Assembly (NCBI RefSeq): GCF_009914755.1
Contig: NC_060926.1
Direction: 5' to 3' (one strand)
Origin: the human T2T-CHM13v2.0 reference genome, Homo sapiens
Length of the DNA stretch: 64,000 bases
This document shows, piece after piece, positions 42,010-56,409 of the stretch; position 1 is the first letter of the stretch, and each line of letters begins with the position of its first letter. The notes beneath the pieces are model-generated. The model worked only from the letters and a program-made list of their open reading frames with translations, ran no database searches and was not told the origin of the DNA. The position numbers and the translations under genes were made by a program.

Positions 42010-42545
42010 GTCAGCATATATATCTGAATAACAACCACAAACCCAGTAGCTTAAGTGATAATCATTTATTGTTGCCTGCAAGTCCGTGGGTCAGCTGTGC
42101 TATTCTTCCAGTTTTGACTGTGTTTACTCATTTGTCCACGGTTAGCCACAGGCTGGAAATTTGTCTCAGCTTATCTTGTCTGGGCCCTTTCAGGTATTTT
42201 GGGGTGAGAAGGTTGTAGGCTGGTTTAGAATAGATGCAGCTAAGTAGACTTATCTTTGGTGGCTTCTTCTCCAGCAGGCTAGTCTGGGCCTTTTCTCATA
42301 GCAAAGGAAATGTTCTAAGAAGCAAGCAGAAGTGCTCAAGGCTTTTTGAGATCTAGGCTCAGAACTGGCACACTATTATTTCTGCAGCATTCTATTGGCC
42401 ACTGCAAATCACAAAGCCAGCCAACATTCAGAGGGAATGGAAATAGACTTCACCTTTTGATGAGAAGTGCTGCAGAGTTGCATGGCAAAGGCTGTAGATA
42501 CATGGTGGGAAATAACTTGGACCATTTTTTATAATCGATCTACGA
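42010..42545 (-). mobile_element. MLT1H-like LTR
   Basis: ccagcaggctagtctgggc, ctaggctcagaactggcacac, cattctattggcca, gaaatagacttcaccttttgatgagaagtgctgca. Confidence 0.85.
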
Positions 42546-42635
42546 TTGCACCTTTAATTGATAATCAGACTTCCTGAAGTAGAAAAGTCAGTAGAAGGCA
42601 TTGAATACAGATATATGGAAGGTTTACATGATAGA

Positions 42636-42660
42636 AAACAAACAAACAAACAAACAAACA
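42636..42660. repeat. (AAAC)n microsatellite
   Basis: About six aaac units. Confidence 0.9.
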
Positions 42661-43511
42661 TGTATGGGCAGTATGAGCAACTTAATTCCAAAGTTATTCC
42701 TGGTATGATAACTTGTTTTAGTGTCATTTTCCAATCTACTTCACTGTTTACAGTCTTAAAGTTTAGGGGTAAGGAGACTATTTTAGGCCAATTCCTTATA
42801 AATTAAGAAACACCTAGAAATGTTGAGAGCCACCCAGTCCTTAAATCACATTCTTGACAGAAGTGGAACTATTACTATGAACTCAGATCTCCTCTTTTCA
42901 TGGTACTCTTCATAAGCACTGTCCATGTTTCCAGTTTTACATTTTTGAAAGGTAGGCATGTTTCATGTGTTATTTCTTAATGTGACCTACCTTCTACATT
43001 CTAAATATTTTTTCACAGTATCTGTCACTGTGGGCTCATCAGAAAGACTTGTGCAAATAGTGAGAGCAAATGCCTAAACCCTCATGTACCACCTTGTCCT
43101 CATGTTGAGATTTTAATAAGCTTTAAATGATTTGGAATAGAAGCAGCTCCTGTGTTATTTCACTTTTGTCTGTGCCTTTGTGTTCTAGGCACAGTTGTAA
43201 TGTTCTGAAGTCACAATCTGAGCCATTAAGAGTAAGATCATGATGTCTCTGGATACCCAGAGTGAGTGCCTTGGTCTTATTTGTAATTTTAGAACTGCTG
43301 CTTCTTGGGGACCTGGGTCAAGTGATTGTATTAGACTTTGAAGAGTTCTAGGCCATACTGTTTGATGCACAGATTCCATCCCACTGTCGTATCACTTTCT
43401 TCTCTTCACAGGAACATAGCAAGATCTGGAGGAGAAAGAGAGGAAACTACTCCAGCTGTGTTCTTTATCATCTCACACTTGTTCATACTTAACCATACAT
43501 TAAGAATTGTG

Positions 43512-43785
43512 AGCTGGGCACAGTGACTCACTCCTGTAATCCCAGCACTTTGGGAAGCCAAGGCAGGAGGATTTTTGAGCTCAACCTAGGTAACATAGTG
43601 AAACCTCATCTCTACCAAAAGAAAACATAGCTGGGTGTGGTGTTGTGTACCTGTGGTCCCAGCTACTTGGGAGACTGAGGTCAAAGGATTACTTGAGCCC
43701 AAGATGTTGAGGCTGCAGTGAGCTATGATTGCATCATTGCACTCCAGCATGGATGACAGAGGTGAGACCCTGTCTAAAAAAAAAA
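43512..43785 (+). mobile_element. AluJ with a small internal deletion
   Basis: ggattacttgagccc...gaggctgcagtgagctatgattgc. Confidence 0.92.
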
Positions 43786-45657
43786 TTTTTTTTTTGATTC
43801 ATATCTTAATTCCTGCTAGAGAAACCAAGGCAAGATGAAGAGAACTGGGACTGAATTCTTAGCTTTATGAAGGCTGTGTGCTTAATTATTCTTAAAGCTT
43901 GGCTTATACAAGCCATACGTTTTCAGGTAATCCTATAAAACAAATGAAAGCACAATCATCCACATACCTATGAATATTTGAATATTATATTTAGAACAAA
44001 TAGCAAAATGAATTGAAATACTTCTTTACTTAATTTTAAATAGTATGTATGATCATAATTTTTCTCCATTACATTATTTTAATGATGTACTTTAGTAAAC
44101 CATGGTTGCATGCAAGTGAAACTTGAGATTTTCAAAATACTCCTTAATTCTTAAAAAAAGTAAGAACTTTTTTAGTAATATGTATACACATTTGATCTTC
44201 ATATATTCTATAGTTTATGGGTGTTCAAGTATTTACTGACACTCTTAGCTGCAAAGCCCTGTGCTAGAAGCTGTAAATGAGATGATTGTGACTTAGACAT
44301 GATCTAAGCCTATCAGGTCAAGAAAGACAAATGTGCAGCTATTATAAAGGCTCTACTATGGCAGATAATTTTTCTAATTGCTAGATGACATTAATTTTCC
44401 ATTTTGCATTTGGGATATGCTAGAATTTTATATTTTCACCTTTATTCAAAGACACTTTGAAGACTAAAAGTTAAAAAAAAAATCTATCTTATTAGATCCT
44501 TCAAGTCAAACTATTGCCCAAGGGAACAGGTGGAGTGAGTTGCTTTACATAGTAAGTTAGGATTGAGTACTAGGCATGGAGTTGGTTTATACATTTTCTT
44601 CTGTGTTCTTATAGATATAAACTTTTCACCTTATTGGATTCTTCAGCTTAAAAAAATACAAAAGGATTATTAACTATTGCCCTTAAGTGTTAAAAACGTC
44701 TCTTGGTCTTAGTAAATAAGTAGCCTGAACTAAAGATCCTAGGAAAGATTGTCTTCATTGTTTGCAGCCATCATGCAAGACATATGCCTCTTGCAAAAAT
44801 TGGTGACCATTCACTTTGTCAGTTACCTCAAAGCTGAGGAATGACCGAAGGCAAAAAGTGTATAACCTCTAGAACAGGCATTCAACAAATTATTTTTTTT
44901 TTCTTTTCCAAACCTTGTAGGACTTAACACAGGTTATTTACCATATAGATGTTGTTTTCATTGCTAGATTTCTAGAAAATATGTGAAAAGCTCAAATAAC
45001 TTCATTTCTATTGTGTCAGCTTCTAATATTAATAAAAATTTTACTCTAGATCCAACAAAAGTCCTAACTTTTATTTCCAGGGTACAATCTGCTATTACCA
45101 ATGTGTCTGAGTATTTTTACTCTTTCATAATAACCTATGCCAATAAATAGTCAAGTGTCCAATCAATCCCCATCATCGTTGCAGACATTTAAAAGCTCAT
45201 GTAGATATTAAAATGCATTATCTCGGTTCCATTTCTTTGGAGGTCTATACAGCAAATATCTTTGTCCTTGAAAATGTAAGTAGCCAGGCCAGCTATCACA
45301 TTGTTCCAGGTGTTTTAGCATTCCCTAGCTATAGTAGCAGTCTAGATAGGCTGATCTCAGAAAATGCTAACTCCTCAATTTGCATTCTTAGATGTGTTAC
45401 TGCTGTACTGAATGTTATCAGATACTCTTGACCTAAAGAGTAATCAATAGCAGAGATTTTAGTTTTCTAGGTTGGAAGAACCTTGGTAATTTTGACATAA
45501 TTGAACAATTGTGTTGTTTTCCCTAACGTTCATCTTTGGCTTCCAGTGATAGCCCCAAAGAAGTAATTTCTTTCTGTATTCTGAACCTGTATTTTAGGTA
45601 TCTGGCCCCATTGAGAGATGCGCCAAGATATTCTTGTGTGACACAGCTAGATAGGCT

Positions 45658-45990
45658 AGGGGTTTCTAACTCAACCATCAATGGAGCTGGACAGGGAAAT
45701 CAAATTCCCTGAATGAGGTGGGCTGAATGAAGGCAAGAAGGAATGGTGATAGGTGGCCAAGTGGAGGGTACACAAGTGTGTGAGTTGTGTATATAGCATC
45801 GTGGCTCAGATCCAGTTGATTACCATTACACTGGAATGCAGGCCCACTTTTGAAAGATTACATGTTTCCCCCACATCATCCCAAGAGGAGCTAGTCAGAT
45901 TTTGATGCAGAATTTCCCACCTTTAACATACTGTGCAACTAAAGAAAACACTTCTGTATGTCAGGATGTGGTTGGCACTGTGATCCAGGC
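45658..45990. mobile_element. MER102-like hAT MITE
   Basis: ctcagatccagttgattaccat...ggaatgcaggccca...gattttgatgcagaatttccc. Confidence 0.6.
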
Positions 45991-46674
45991 TTCCCTATCC
46001 ATGAATGGTGACATCTGAGACCATTTTATCATCATCTTAAGTACTTTCATACATTATTTAACAGCAGCATTGAAATAACATTAATCTGTCTTTATAAACA
46101 ATGGATGCTATTTACAAAAATTATGATACAACTACCTAGGTCAAAGCCAAGGTTCCTTTTGATGCTAAACATAAAGTTGCAACTATTACTATTTACAGTA
46201 ATTCTAGCATTAATGCCATTCTCTAAGATTGGAAGACTTTGAGCCAAACTTATTTTCAGTCTACATGGGGACCTCAGAGGAAAACACCCCTACAGATAAT
46301 TCACCTCAACCTCAGATGTCCAGGCAAGACGAACAGAGGTGTGAAGTGCTGGTTGATAGCTCTCAGTGAGGCCTCCAGATAATGTATTTCTTTTTCATCT
46401 GCTTCCCTTGGGGAAGAAGCTATTCCACAAATGTTTATTGAGTATAGAACCTTCTGAATTATAAATTTTCATCCCTTCTGTTGTGTCCCTTGCTCTGAAG
46501 TTTTTCTCCTTCAATCAATAGTTTCCATTTCAACCATGTTTATTATTGCAATTAACCACCTCCTTCTAACTGCTTTTTGCAATGTTTTATAAAAGCAACC
46601 ACCAGATACTTCCAAGTATCCTAAAGAAAATTGTCCTCCCGACTCCAGCCCCAGCTATTAAACATTTAAAACAA

Positions 46675-46770
46675 ATGAAGTTATTTATTGAGTACCTATA
46701 GTTTGCCAGGGAATATGCTAAGTTGCGGGGTGTGGTGGCCTATGAAAATATAAGACATAGAAATGTATGA
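46675..46770 (-). mobile_element. L2 3' fragment
   Basis: tatttattgagtacctatagtttgccagg...tgctaag. Confidence 0.55.
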
Positions 46771-47816
46771 TCTTTTAAAAAGTTGCTAATATACTGTTCT
46801 GTCAATACTGTCTCTGGAAGGAGTTCAGATAATGTATAATAAATCATTAGTGGACCAGGCCAACATCTAGTTAAGCACTAATCTTGGTTCCAAAAGGTTA
46901 CAGAAGTATATTTCTGAAGTGACTCCCATACTAAATTTTGATCCTTTAAAGAAGTTACTACTCTTCCTATTTGGTGATTTATCCCCCCTCTGTGAAATTA
47001 TTTTTTTGTTTTTCATTTCCTTTTAGGAACAGAACTCATTAATTGCTACTAATAGCAATTGTGTGATGTTTTTAATTCCTAAAGAAAGGTGCTATGAAAA
47101 TCTAGTTGATCTTAACATGAGTTTAATTTTAAAGTATTAATGTATAGAACATGCAGTGTGGCTTTGTGAGTTATGCCAAAAATGAAGCCATTAATTCCCA
47201 AGTTGAGTTTAAACCCAAATTTTCTTTCATTGCAGTGCCTGGATACCTGTGTATTGGATGAGCAGTTGAGTACTGATGCTTTCCCCAGGGAGCACTGCCA
47301 GTGACTTGCCCTACAAGTCAGGCCTCCTTTTAAGTCAGGCCTAGTAGTGAGCAGTGATTCTTCCTAGTAACAACTGATAGATTGAGGGACATTTTTGAAG
47401 CACTCAATTCCTCAGTTTCTTTTCCATTATACTTTTTTGTTAAATTAGGAACAGGTAGTAACCCTTCCTCTTTCCCCATCTCAAACCCAAAAGAATGTCC
47501 CCAGGAAGATTACCCAGTGACATTCACAGTAAAGGTGAATAAATGTTAGTGTGAATCCACAAGGCTGGTGTTAACGGTTTTTCCCTTCCCCTTTGCTTGT
47601 GTTTCCCACCTGCTGAATAAGAATACCTGAAGAAGTGTCAAGAAGATGCTGCTGTTGAAGGCCTTGGAGTCCCCGAGATGCAACTTACTTTCCCCTTTAA
47701 AATATCTAAACAAGACATTTAATATTGAAACCAAGTACCTCATGACCAGAGGCAGAATGAGCCACAATATTCAGGAACCATTTCCTCATCTCCATCTGGA
47801 ATACAGTACTCTGCTA

Positions 47817-49197
47817 TAGGGGTTTTCAAACTTTTGTTCACAGGACCTCTTTGCTGTCTTAACTCCTTGAGAACCCAAATGAGCTTAAGTATATGTGGCT
47901 TATATTTATCAATATTTTGGATTAGATATTATAACTAAGGGATTCTAAATTATTTAACAAATTTATTTAAAAATAAACCCATTACATGTTGATGAAATAA
48001 TATATTTTTATGAGAAAATAACTATCTTCTAAGAACAAAAATCTTTACTGAAAAAAGTATTGTTTTACATTTTCACAGATTTCTTTAGTGTCTGATTTAA
48101 GGGAAGACAGCTGGATTCTTATATCTCCTTCTGCATTCAATCTGTTGTGCCTATTTTGGTTTATGTAGAAACTGGGCCTCATACAAATATGTAGCTGGAA
48201 AAGAAAGGATCATTTTAATACTCTTTTCAGGTAATTTTGGGTATTCTTCTCTAATACTGTACTAAAACTTGACAAATGGTAGTTTCTTAAGGATTTCTTA
48301 CAAGGGAGAAAATGAAACAATATCAATGAACTTTCTGTACTGTAAAATACACTGGTCTATCTTGCATTTTGAATGGAACTGTTATCCACACGTGATTTTG
48401 TAACATCATACATTTGTCCCTTGGAAAATATTCATAGATTGAGTTATGCAGATCTTCCAAATAGTGACAGATTTTATTATTTGTTATCAAAATCATTGCA
48501 TTTATTAATATTACCACTGATCTTATCAGAAAGGTTCTTCAGTACTGGGAAGCTGTCAAGCTCATGGTGGCAAATACAAGTTGGCAAAAATTCTAATTTT
48601 CCTTTGAAAGCTGGAATTTTATTATTGGCAACAGATACAGTGAGTTTTCATTGAAGTAATGGGCTTACTTTATATATTTTCAAGAAAATCTTTGCCAAAT
48701 AACCAGTCTGGAAAACCATCATCTGCCTTTCAGTCATTCATTCAAATAAAAAAATGGTGTTCCATGAAAACAGCAGGTGGTTCAGCTTGCAACATAATCA
48801 CACAAGTTCTTTTTCTTTGCAGAACCATCATACATCAGAAGTGCTTCATGTGTACTTCCTATTTTGTCACATAGAATATTAAAGATACGTAAGTTCAAGG
48901 GTTGAGGTTTAATAACATTTATAATTGTTATTGCTTGGTTACAGACCTTGAGTGAAACTGCCTGTTGTTTATGTTTTGAACTGGTACTGGGTAGTGGTAA
49001 AAAACAAAATGACTATTCATATAGTTGGGTGCCTCTGCCATTATTCATGCTAAGACACCAGCAGTTTGACCCGCCATCAGTCCAAATGGCAACACAGTAA
49101 ATAAGGCCAATAACATGATAGAATTATTATGGAAATAGCTTTGACCTTTTGGACTTGAGACCCCCAAGAGTCTGTGGACCAACTTTAAAAACTGCTG
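47817..49197 (-). mobile_element. Full-length Charlie1a-like hAT element
   Basis: Both TIRs (taggggttttcaaa; tttaaaaactgctg); degraded 8-bp TSD ctctgcta/ttctatta; colinear with 387-2250. Confidence 0.88.
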
Positions 49198-49829
49198 TTC
49201 TATTACATATTTTCCAAATGCCTGGTTTGCATTATCAGATTTACTCTCATACTGTAACCCCATTATACTTCATCAAGAAGTGGGGCTATGCTACCTTTCC
49301 TCCCTTATCCAAACACCAAAACTAACCATATAGGTATCTTTACATTTGCCACATTTTAGTAATTCCTTATCCCAGTTCGCCATGACGAACATGTAGACAT
49401 GAGCTTAATCCAAGCTGTAACCATGGTTACTGTTTTCCCCAGGCTGGCCCTACTTGTTGGGCCACAGCTGGCTCGTACCTGCTGTCTTGCCCATTGCTGC
49501 CCACCCTGCCATTCTCATGTGAGCTAGCCTCGGCTTCCTGAGGTTCCCTATGAGGTATCCTGAGCTCTGCATGGACACATCCTTCTACTGAATTTTAGTG
49601 CCATGTCAGTGAGAATATCACCCGCATCCCTTAGTTGCAGTGTCAGTGCTTAAAGGTATTTGCTGAACTTACAATCATATTGGGAAATGTGAGTATTAAA
49701 GTCAAAACACTTCTGGAACCTAAACTCATACCTATTGTACTGATTTTTACCAGATAAAGGAAATGATGACACTTATTAGTTGGCTTGGATTTTAAAATAT
49801 AAAGATCGTATTGAAGGTAGATGGATAGG

Positions 49830-50050
49830 AGGTGAAGTATTTGAAATGCGGCATTGGACCTGGGCTTACAAACTCCAGGTGTGATTCCTCCTCTTACCAG
49901 CTCTTTCACCTTCTGTGAGGTGAGCTACCTCTTTGAGCCTTATTTTTCTTGTCTGTAGGAGAGTGTTAATATTTACCCGTAAGTGTTGTAGGGAAGATTA
50001 ATCTCGTTTTGTAGATAGCAGCTACCATACTGTGTGGACATAGTAGATAA
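49830..50050 (+). mobile_element. MIR
   Basis: ggtgagctacctctttgagccttatttttcttgtctgtagg...aatatttacc...gtgttgtagggaagattaa. Confidence 0.65.
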
Positions 50051-51814
50051 CTATTTTAAAAATCATAATTTATAAATTTGGTAATTAGACATTTACAGAT
50101 CTGATTTCAGCTGTCATATACGGTTGCATTATTATAGTGTGAATTCATGCCCCCATGATTTTAAAAAGTGGTGTTTTTGGCATGTGTGCATTCGCTGAAG
50201 TTGTAAAACACATTTTTTAAGTGTACAAGTAATGGACAGCAGATGAGAAACAGATTGCAAAAACTCTTTTCAGTATCCAAACATGACAGTAAACTCATAT
50301 TGTTCAAAGAATAGGGCCCTTAATTGGGTGGGATTTTTATTTGATTTATGACCTGAGGCTAATACTGTGGCTTGGATATGTTCTAACCCCATGACTGTCT
50401 AATAGCTTACATATATGTTGGGTAGTAATGCCAGTGGATAGGTTTTATTCTGAGAACCTTCATTCTTAACTCAAATCTCAAAAATAGATGACAAGGCAGA
50501 AAATATTTGGGGTGATAAGATTGAATATGGAATAGAGCATCAATTGCTTGCTCTCAGATACTAGTCTTTTTTGTTTTTCAAGTAATGGAGAAACCATATA
50601 TTATTTTCATCTGGGAGTGTCTGTTGTGTTTGCATGCACCAGATGAGCTGGAGAAGTTGTGGCCTGCAAGTAACATAAAGCAAATAAAATTTTTGCCAGA
50701 CGGGGCATAACTAAATGCTTACCACCCTCCCTGAAAGTTAGTTACGTTTTGATCATTGGTCTGCTATATTGAATGCTGATTTTTTTTTCCAGTTTGACAT
50801 GATAGTAAGTGACATTGCATTGTATAAAAAGGATATTTTTATTTACACACACTTAAAAATGGATCCTGGGTTTTAAGGAAATTTCCTTTTAAGCACATTT
50901 TGGCTCTGGTAAAATCTATTCTGAAGAACTTATAGGCAAATAGCTTTTGAGAATTTGGACTCATTAGCAGGGCTTATTTCTTTGGCTATATTTCCTGATA
51001 ATAGTTTTCTGTAAGCTATGTGAATGTCAGAGAGCAGAAATAGTCAGAATTTTTCTTCTGAGCTCATTAGTGAATGCATACAGGATGAGGTAGCCTGAAA
51101 CAGTTTGAGGTATAATCAGTGTCTTCTCACTCTCTCCTTTTCTTTCATCTCATTCTTTACCATGTTTGTTGGGCATTAGTTTAAAAGCCTAGCATTTAAT
51201 AGGAACTTTGGCATATGTAAATATTTTCTAGGTTCAGTTTTAGCAAATCCGTTGCTCTCATGAAGACTGTAGAGAAAATGTTTGTACTGATTTAGGAATG
51301 TTAAGAATGTGGTGGGGAGTGGCTCTTCAGAATACTGCAGTGTGGTAATCATGTTTGTGGCTATGATTTTCTTGTTTTTGTTTTTTTTTTTGTCTTTGTT
51401 CTTTCATCTCAGCTTTTCAAAATCTTTAGAAAATATAAGATATTCCCATTTTAGGGTTTAGAAAATGACTCAAATATATGCATATAGTTGTGAAAGGTGT
51501 TGAGATAGCCTCAAATAATAAGCTATATCTTTTGACCATATTATAGGTGGGGTCTCTGCCTGGGAATGACCCACCCTCAAGCTGTTTGGCTTCTGTTAAA
51601 AGGACTAGAAGGGCTCTGCCAGAGGAACAAGGATGCTCTTCCTGGTGTGGCTCTTCTGTGGCATCTGGTTCAGGGCTGTGGTCCCACTCCCAATGGCAGA
51701 TTTTCTTATTTTAGAGGGAGTGAGTCACATTCCTCAACCAGTGGATGAAAAATTCCAGCCATTCCAATTATCCACGCCTATGATCCCTTCTGTTTTACAC
51801 AGATCATTGAGTCC

Positions 51815-51940
51815 CAACTCACTAGACCAAGACTCAGGGAAATCATGCTATGATCTTGGCTGTGCCATTGGCCAATTTTGTGACCTCAGGGAGTGTGTAA
51901 AATCTGGGTCTCAATTTCCTCATCTGTAAAATGAAGTAAT
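51815..51940 (+). mobile_element. MIR fragment
   Basis: tgtgacctcagg...tctgggtctcaatttcctcatctgtaaaatg. Confidence 0.7.
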
Positions 51941-52419
51941 TAGAAGAAAGGCCCTTTTTGATGACACAGTCTGTGACCTCTAACTGGTAATTTTTATAAG
52001 TATTCTCACAAGAAAGCTGTGGTTGCAAGAAACTAGAAATTAGTGGGATAAATGAGATCTAACATAGGCATCGATTAGCGTACTTCTTACCAAGTTTTAG
52101 AGGGCTCCAAGGAATATCTTGGGCTGTATATGTGATATAGCAAACTTTAAAGAGTTTGTGACTGTGACATTGTCCTCTCACAGAGTATAAAGCTGTTCAG
52201 TAACTATTTATGGAATGATGAATGAGTTTGCCTGATGCCTACTGGTATGAATTTTCCTTCTTGAACTTACTCTGGTACTAACCATTCTTTGTCTGAATAT
52301 GATGATCTTTTCCATGCAGCAGTCACCAGTAGTAATGGACTTGACTGCCTGTGGAGCCCAGGCAATCTTTATAATGATGGATTGGGCTCTCAAGTGGGGG
52401 AGTAAAGCATTTTAAGTTG

Positions 52420-53400
52420 ATGAAGACATTGCCCCTGCTCTTGAGAAAGAAACAAATAAGCAACTAATCATAGAGGCAAAATGAAATAATAGATGTAATC
52501 AAAATGTGAACAAGGTAATGGTGGGTGCGATGGAATAATAAATTAATTCTAATTGGAGAACTGAGGAAGGATTCATATGTGAGATGAAGAGTCATGAAGG
52601 TTGGACCTAGAGAGATACTCTCTAATATTAAACTAGAGAGGGAAAAATAAAAGGTAATTTCAGCAAAGGAGAAGGGCTTTTTGGATTAAAGCAGTAGTAG
52701 GACTCCAAATATGTCACTATAGGAAGGGCATGGAATATTTGGAGAAAAGTGAGTCGATGTAGAGAAACCAATAGGTGGCTATTGCTGTAGTGAGAGCAAG
52801 AGATGATGGTTAACTTGGCCCAGAGAGTAGTTGTAAGAGTGAAGGGAAGTGAACAGCTTGAGATAGATTTAGAAGATAAAGTCAATAGAATTTGTCGATG
52901 GATATCATAAGGGGGGTTATAGAGAGGGGTATAGATGAATCCTAGAATTTTGGCTCACACAAGTGGGAAACTATCACCATTTGCTATGAAAAAAAAACAC
53001 CTAAGGTGTAGAATGCCATGCACTCAGTTTTGGGCATGTAGGTTTAGGCATCTATGTTGAGATGTAAGGTTGGAGCCCTCAGTAATAAGTCATGGTAGAA
53101 ATGTGTTTGGGAGCCATCCAGGTTAAAGTCCTAGCGGTAGATGAGCTTACTGGAGAGAAAACAGAGATATGGAAAAGTAGAGTCATGTATCTAGGACTGA
53201 GTGAACATTGAGGGATTTGGATGTAAAGGCTGAGCAGAAGATGCTGATTGACAAAGGAAACTGAGAACTGGACATATGCATTGAATGGTGTGAATATAAG
53301 GGAGACAGCTTATGTCCGGATACCCATCTGGGAGAGAGGATGAGGAAATGCTGAGTAGGCCATGGTAAGGCAAGAGAATGGCAGAAAGACTTAATCATGG
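52420..53400 (-). mobile_element. L2 (~1 kb)
   Basis: ggctattgctgtagtgagagcaagagatgatgg...gagatagatttagaagataaagtcaatagaatttg. Confidence 0.75.
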
Positions 53401-53449
53401 GTGTTATAAAAATTACTTAGGAGTGGTCTTAAAATTACTGGGGATATTT

Positions 53450-54100
53450 CTCTTTGATTAGAGTTCACTAGGCTGGAATCTTCATAAAAGCAGGGGCTGT
53501 GTTCCCTTGTTCATTACTGTAACTGCAGCAAGCTCAGTGCCTCTGCATAGAAATCACCCAATACATGATGTTGGCAAATGCTCAAATATTTGTTTTTTTT
53601 AAACTCAATTTTTTTACCTTAAATATTTTTTTTTACCTCAAATTCCTCAGATATCATGTGTTTTCCTTGACTCTGAATATTACCTCCATGCATATAACTT
53701 ACCAATGTGTATGTCCTAGGTCTGACCTCTCTTCTGAGTTCCAGTCCCAGATTTTTAGCTGCCTGTTAGACTTCTTTACCTGGATCACTTGGAGGCATCT
53801 CACATTCAATTAAGGCAAATACTGAACTTGACTCACATTTTCCACCTTCCCATTCTGTCACTCATGCTTTCTTCTTTGTTACAGATCTTATAATGGACTC
53901 TCTTCTAGTCTAATTTTTTGTGTGCATGTGAATGTGTGTGCTTGTGTGTGTGAGAGCCTCTGCCTTCCATGGGGGAGTCACAAATAGTGAAAAAGGCAGT
54001 CACACATAGTGAGAAAAGGCAGCGCTTTCATAGAATCTTTATATTCCCACTATGCCTTATGCTGTGCCTTTCATGTAGTCACACTAAATAACAGTTTGGT
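53450..54100 (+). mobile_element. L2 fragments
   Basis: tgacctctcttctgagttccagtcccag...ctgcctgttagac...ggcatctcacattcaa. Confidence 0.65.
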
Positions 54101-54973
54101 TTAAATCAGGGTTTGTTAACAAGCCATATAAATTTTTGGACTCTGCCTTTTAGCATGTGAAAGACTTGTGAAGATTTCAAAGACAAATAAGAAAAAGTAT
54201 GCCTAACGAGGTGTATATATAAAGAGAGTTAAAACATTGGTGATTCTTGTATGGACAGAAGAAAGCAGGGGATCATTTGATAATAAACCTACATTTCTGT
54301 TGTGGAAGGAGGTGTAAATAAATGAAAAGCCTTCTTTCAAGTCTATGAAGTCTTATTTACTGTGGAGGCATTCTAATCATTTCCCCAATCTGAAAGGACT
54401 GAATAAGCAGGAGAGAGAGGAGAGAGTTGGTCTGGAAATATTTTCCCCATGGTGAGCATAGCTCTAAAGGTCAATGGATGGACTGATGCAGTCAGCTGGT
54501 GACACTTGAATGGCCTTACCCAGCTGGCATCTGTTCTGATTGATTAGCGCTTCTGTGCTTTAGATTAGAAGTTATTATTGAAATATGTGTTTGGCTCACT
54601 TTGAATTCTTATTGACTCAGTTAGTTTACGTTTCATTTCAATTCTAGATTTTCCATCTCTGTTTCATACCTCTGTTGTCTCATGGACTGTTTAAAAACTA
54701 ATGCTTTCCTTGAGTAAGATTCTCCAGAATGTCAGGCCCAGAAGTTGAATTTGACTCAACGTTTCCTGAAGATTGGACTTCTAAATTAACACTAAAAGTT
54801 TCCGAAGATATGTTTTTTAGTTACGTCATCAGCTTAATTTGTAACCCTTTTCATTCCAAATACATCTCTGAGGTAAGTCTTCTAGCACACTGACTTTTAT
54901 TTACATTTAATTCGGAATATTCTTAGTGCTGTTAAGACACCTTTTTCATAAAAAAGACAATACATTCCGTCCT

Positions 54974-55455
54974 TATGGTTGGCAGAGTAACACCATCTGA
55001 AAGATGTCTACTTCCTAGTCCCTAGAACATTTGTATATGTGATGTTACATGACAAATGAGAATTAAGGTAACATATGAAATTAAGATTGGTCAGTTTACT
55101 TTAAGCTAGAGAGATTAACCTGGTGGGCTCAGTGTAATCACAGGGGTCTTTATTTGTGGAAGAGGGAAGCAGGAGAGAAGGTCAGACTTGACTGGCCATT
55201 TATGGTTTTGAAGTTGGAAGGGACCAAAGAGCTAAAGAATGTGGGCAACCTCTTCAGAAGGTAGAAAAAGCAAGTTAATGAATCCTCCCTTGGAGCCTCC
55301 AGAAAGGAATTCAGGTCCACTCACATCTTGATGTTCACCTAGTAAGATCCACGCCTGACTTCAGGCCTGCAGAATTAGAAGATAATAAATCAGTGTTATT
55401 GCAGTCCACTAAGTTGGTAGGTAATTTGTAACCGGAGAAATAGGAAACCAGTAGA
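54974..55455 (+). mobile_element. MLT1D-like LTR
   Basis: aaagatgtctacttcctagtccctagaac...gaattaagg...ggagcctccagaaaggaa...gataataaat...gtaatttgt. Confidence 0.85.
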
Positions 55456-56409
55456 ACCCTTCTTTATTTCAGTTTGGTGATATGAATGTGTTGCTTCTTA
55501 CATTCTAGATACCAGGCATTTATAATTTTTCCTAGAAGAGTTAGCCTATTTTTACTTTATAGGATCAAGGGCAACCATGTTTACTTTCATAAGGAGTAAT
55601 TTTTTTTACCTATACAAAATTGGATAATTTGTTTTGCTATTGAATGTGATTATATCCACTTTTATCAATATATAATTATTATCTAAGTACATTTTGGCAT
55701 AACTCACTATATATTTTATATAAAGTCACCTCTTATAACTTGCATAACAGTAACCCAACATGCTTTTGAGCTGTAAAAAGGAGAATATGTTCGAACATTC
55801 TTGTTTGAATGGTTTAGTAGTTACGACATTGGCATTGTTAGGAATGACAAATAGTCATTTCCTATTTGGTTTATCAGGGAACACTATTTCCTTGGTTGCA
55901 ATAAATGTCCATACTGTCTATTGGTTTTCAACTTTTGGAATCAAATTATAGAGAAAGTATGGTTATCATTACAGAAAAGAATGTAAATATTTGCAACTTC
56001 AGTAGCATAAAAGTAAAGGTAGAGCCGACAGAAATGGGAAGGGAAGGGGTGGAAGGTGAGGAAAAGAGTAAGGGCTGCCAAGTCCTCTTTTACTCCGAGG
56101 AATGAAGAGATGCTGTTTTAGATGACAGAATAAACATAGTCATTTATTAAAGATAAAGGTAACCACTAAAGGGAATAAAAATATTTGAATAACTCTATTA
56201 ATGGAAAGGATGGAAAAGTTGGGGGACTCTAAATTCACTAAGTTCCCATGAATGATTTCAGAAAGTCAAAAGATGATTCTGAAGTTGAACGGTTGGGACA
56301 GTCAGAAATGCTTATTATTTAGAGAAAAGGTGTTAAAATTCAAAAAGACTAAAAGATCTAAAAGAGTTGCCTCTGGAGAATACAGAACTGGGCCACTCTT
56401 CTGTACCAT

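Noticed and set aside
49417-49430. 14-bp palindrome gtaaccatggttac (RFX-like)
   Set aside because: Several palindromes of this size are expected by chance in 64 kb, and it deviates from the X-box consensus
53976-54020. 22-bp tandem duplication (similar ones at ~47315 and ~62240)
   Set aside because: Ordinary short slippage duplications with no further structure
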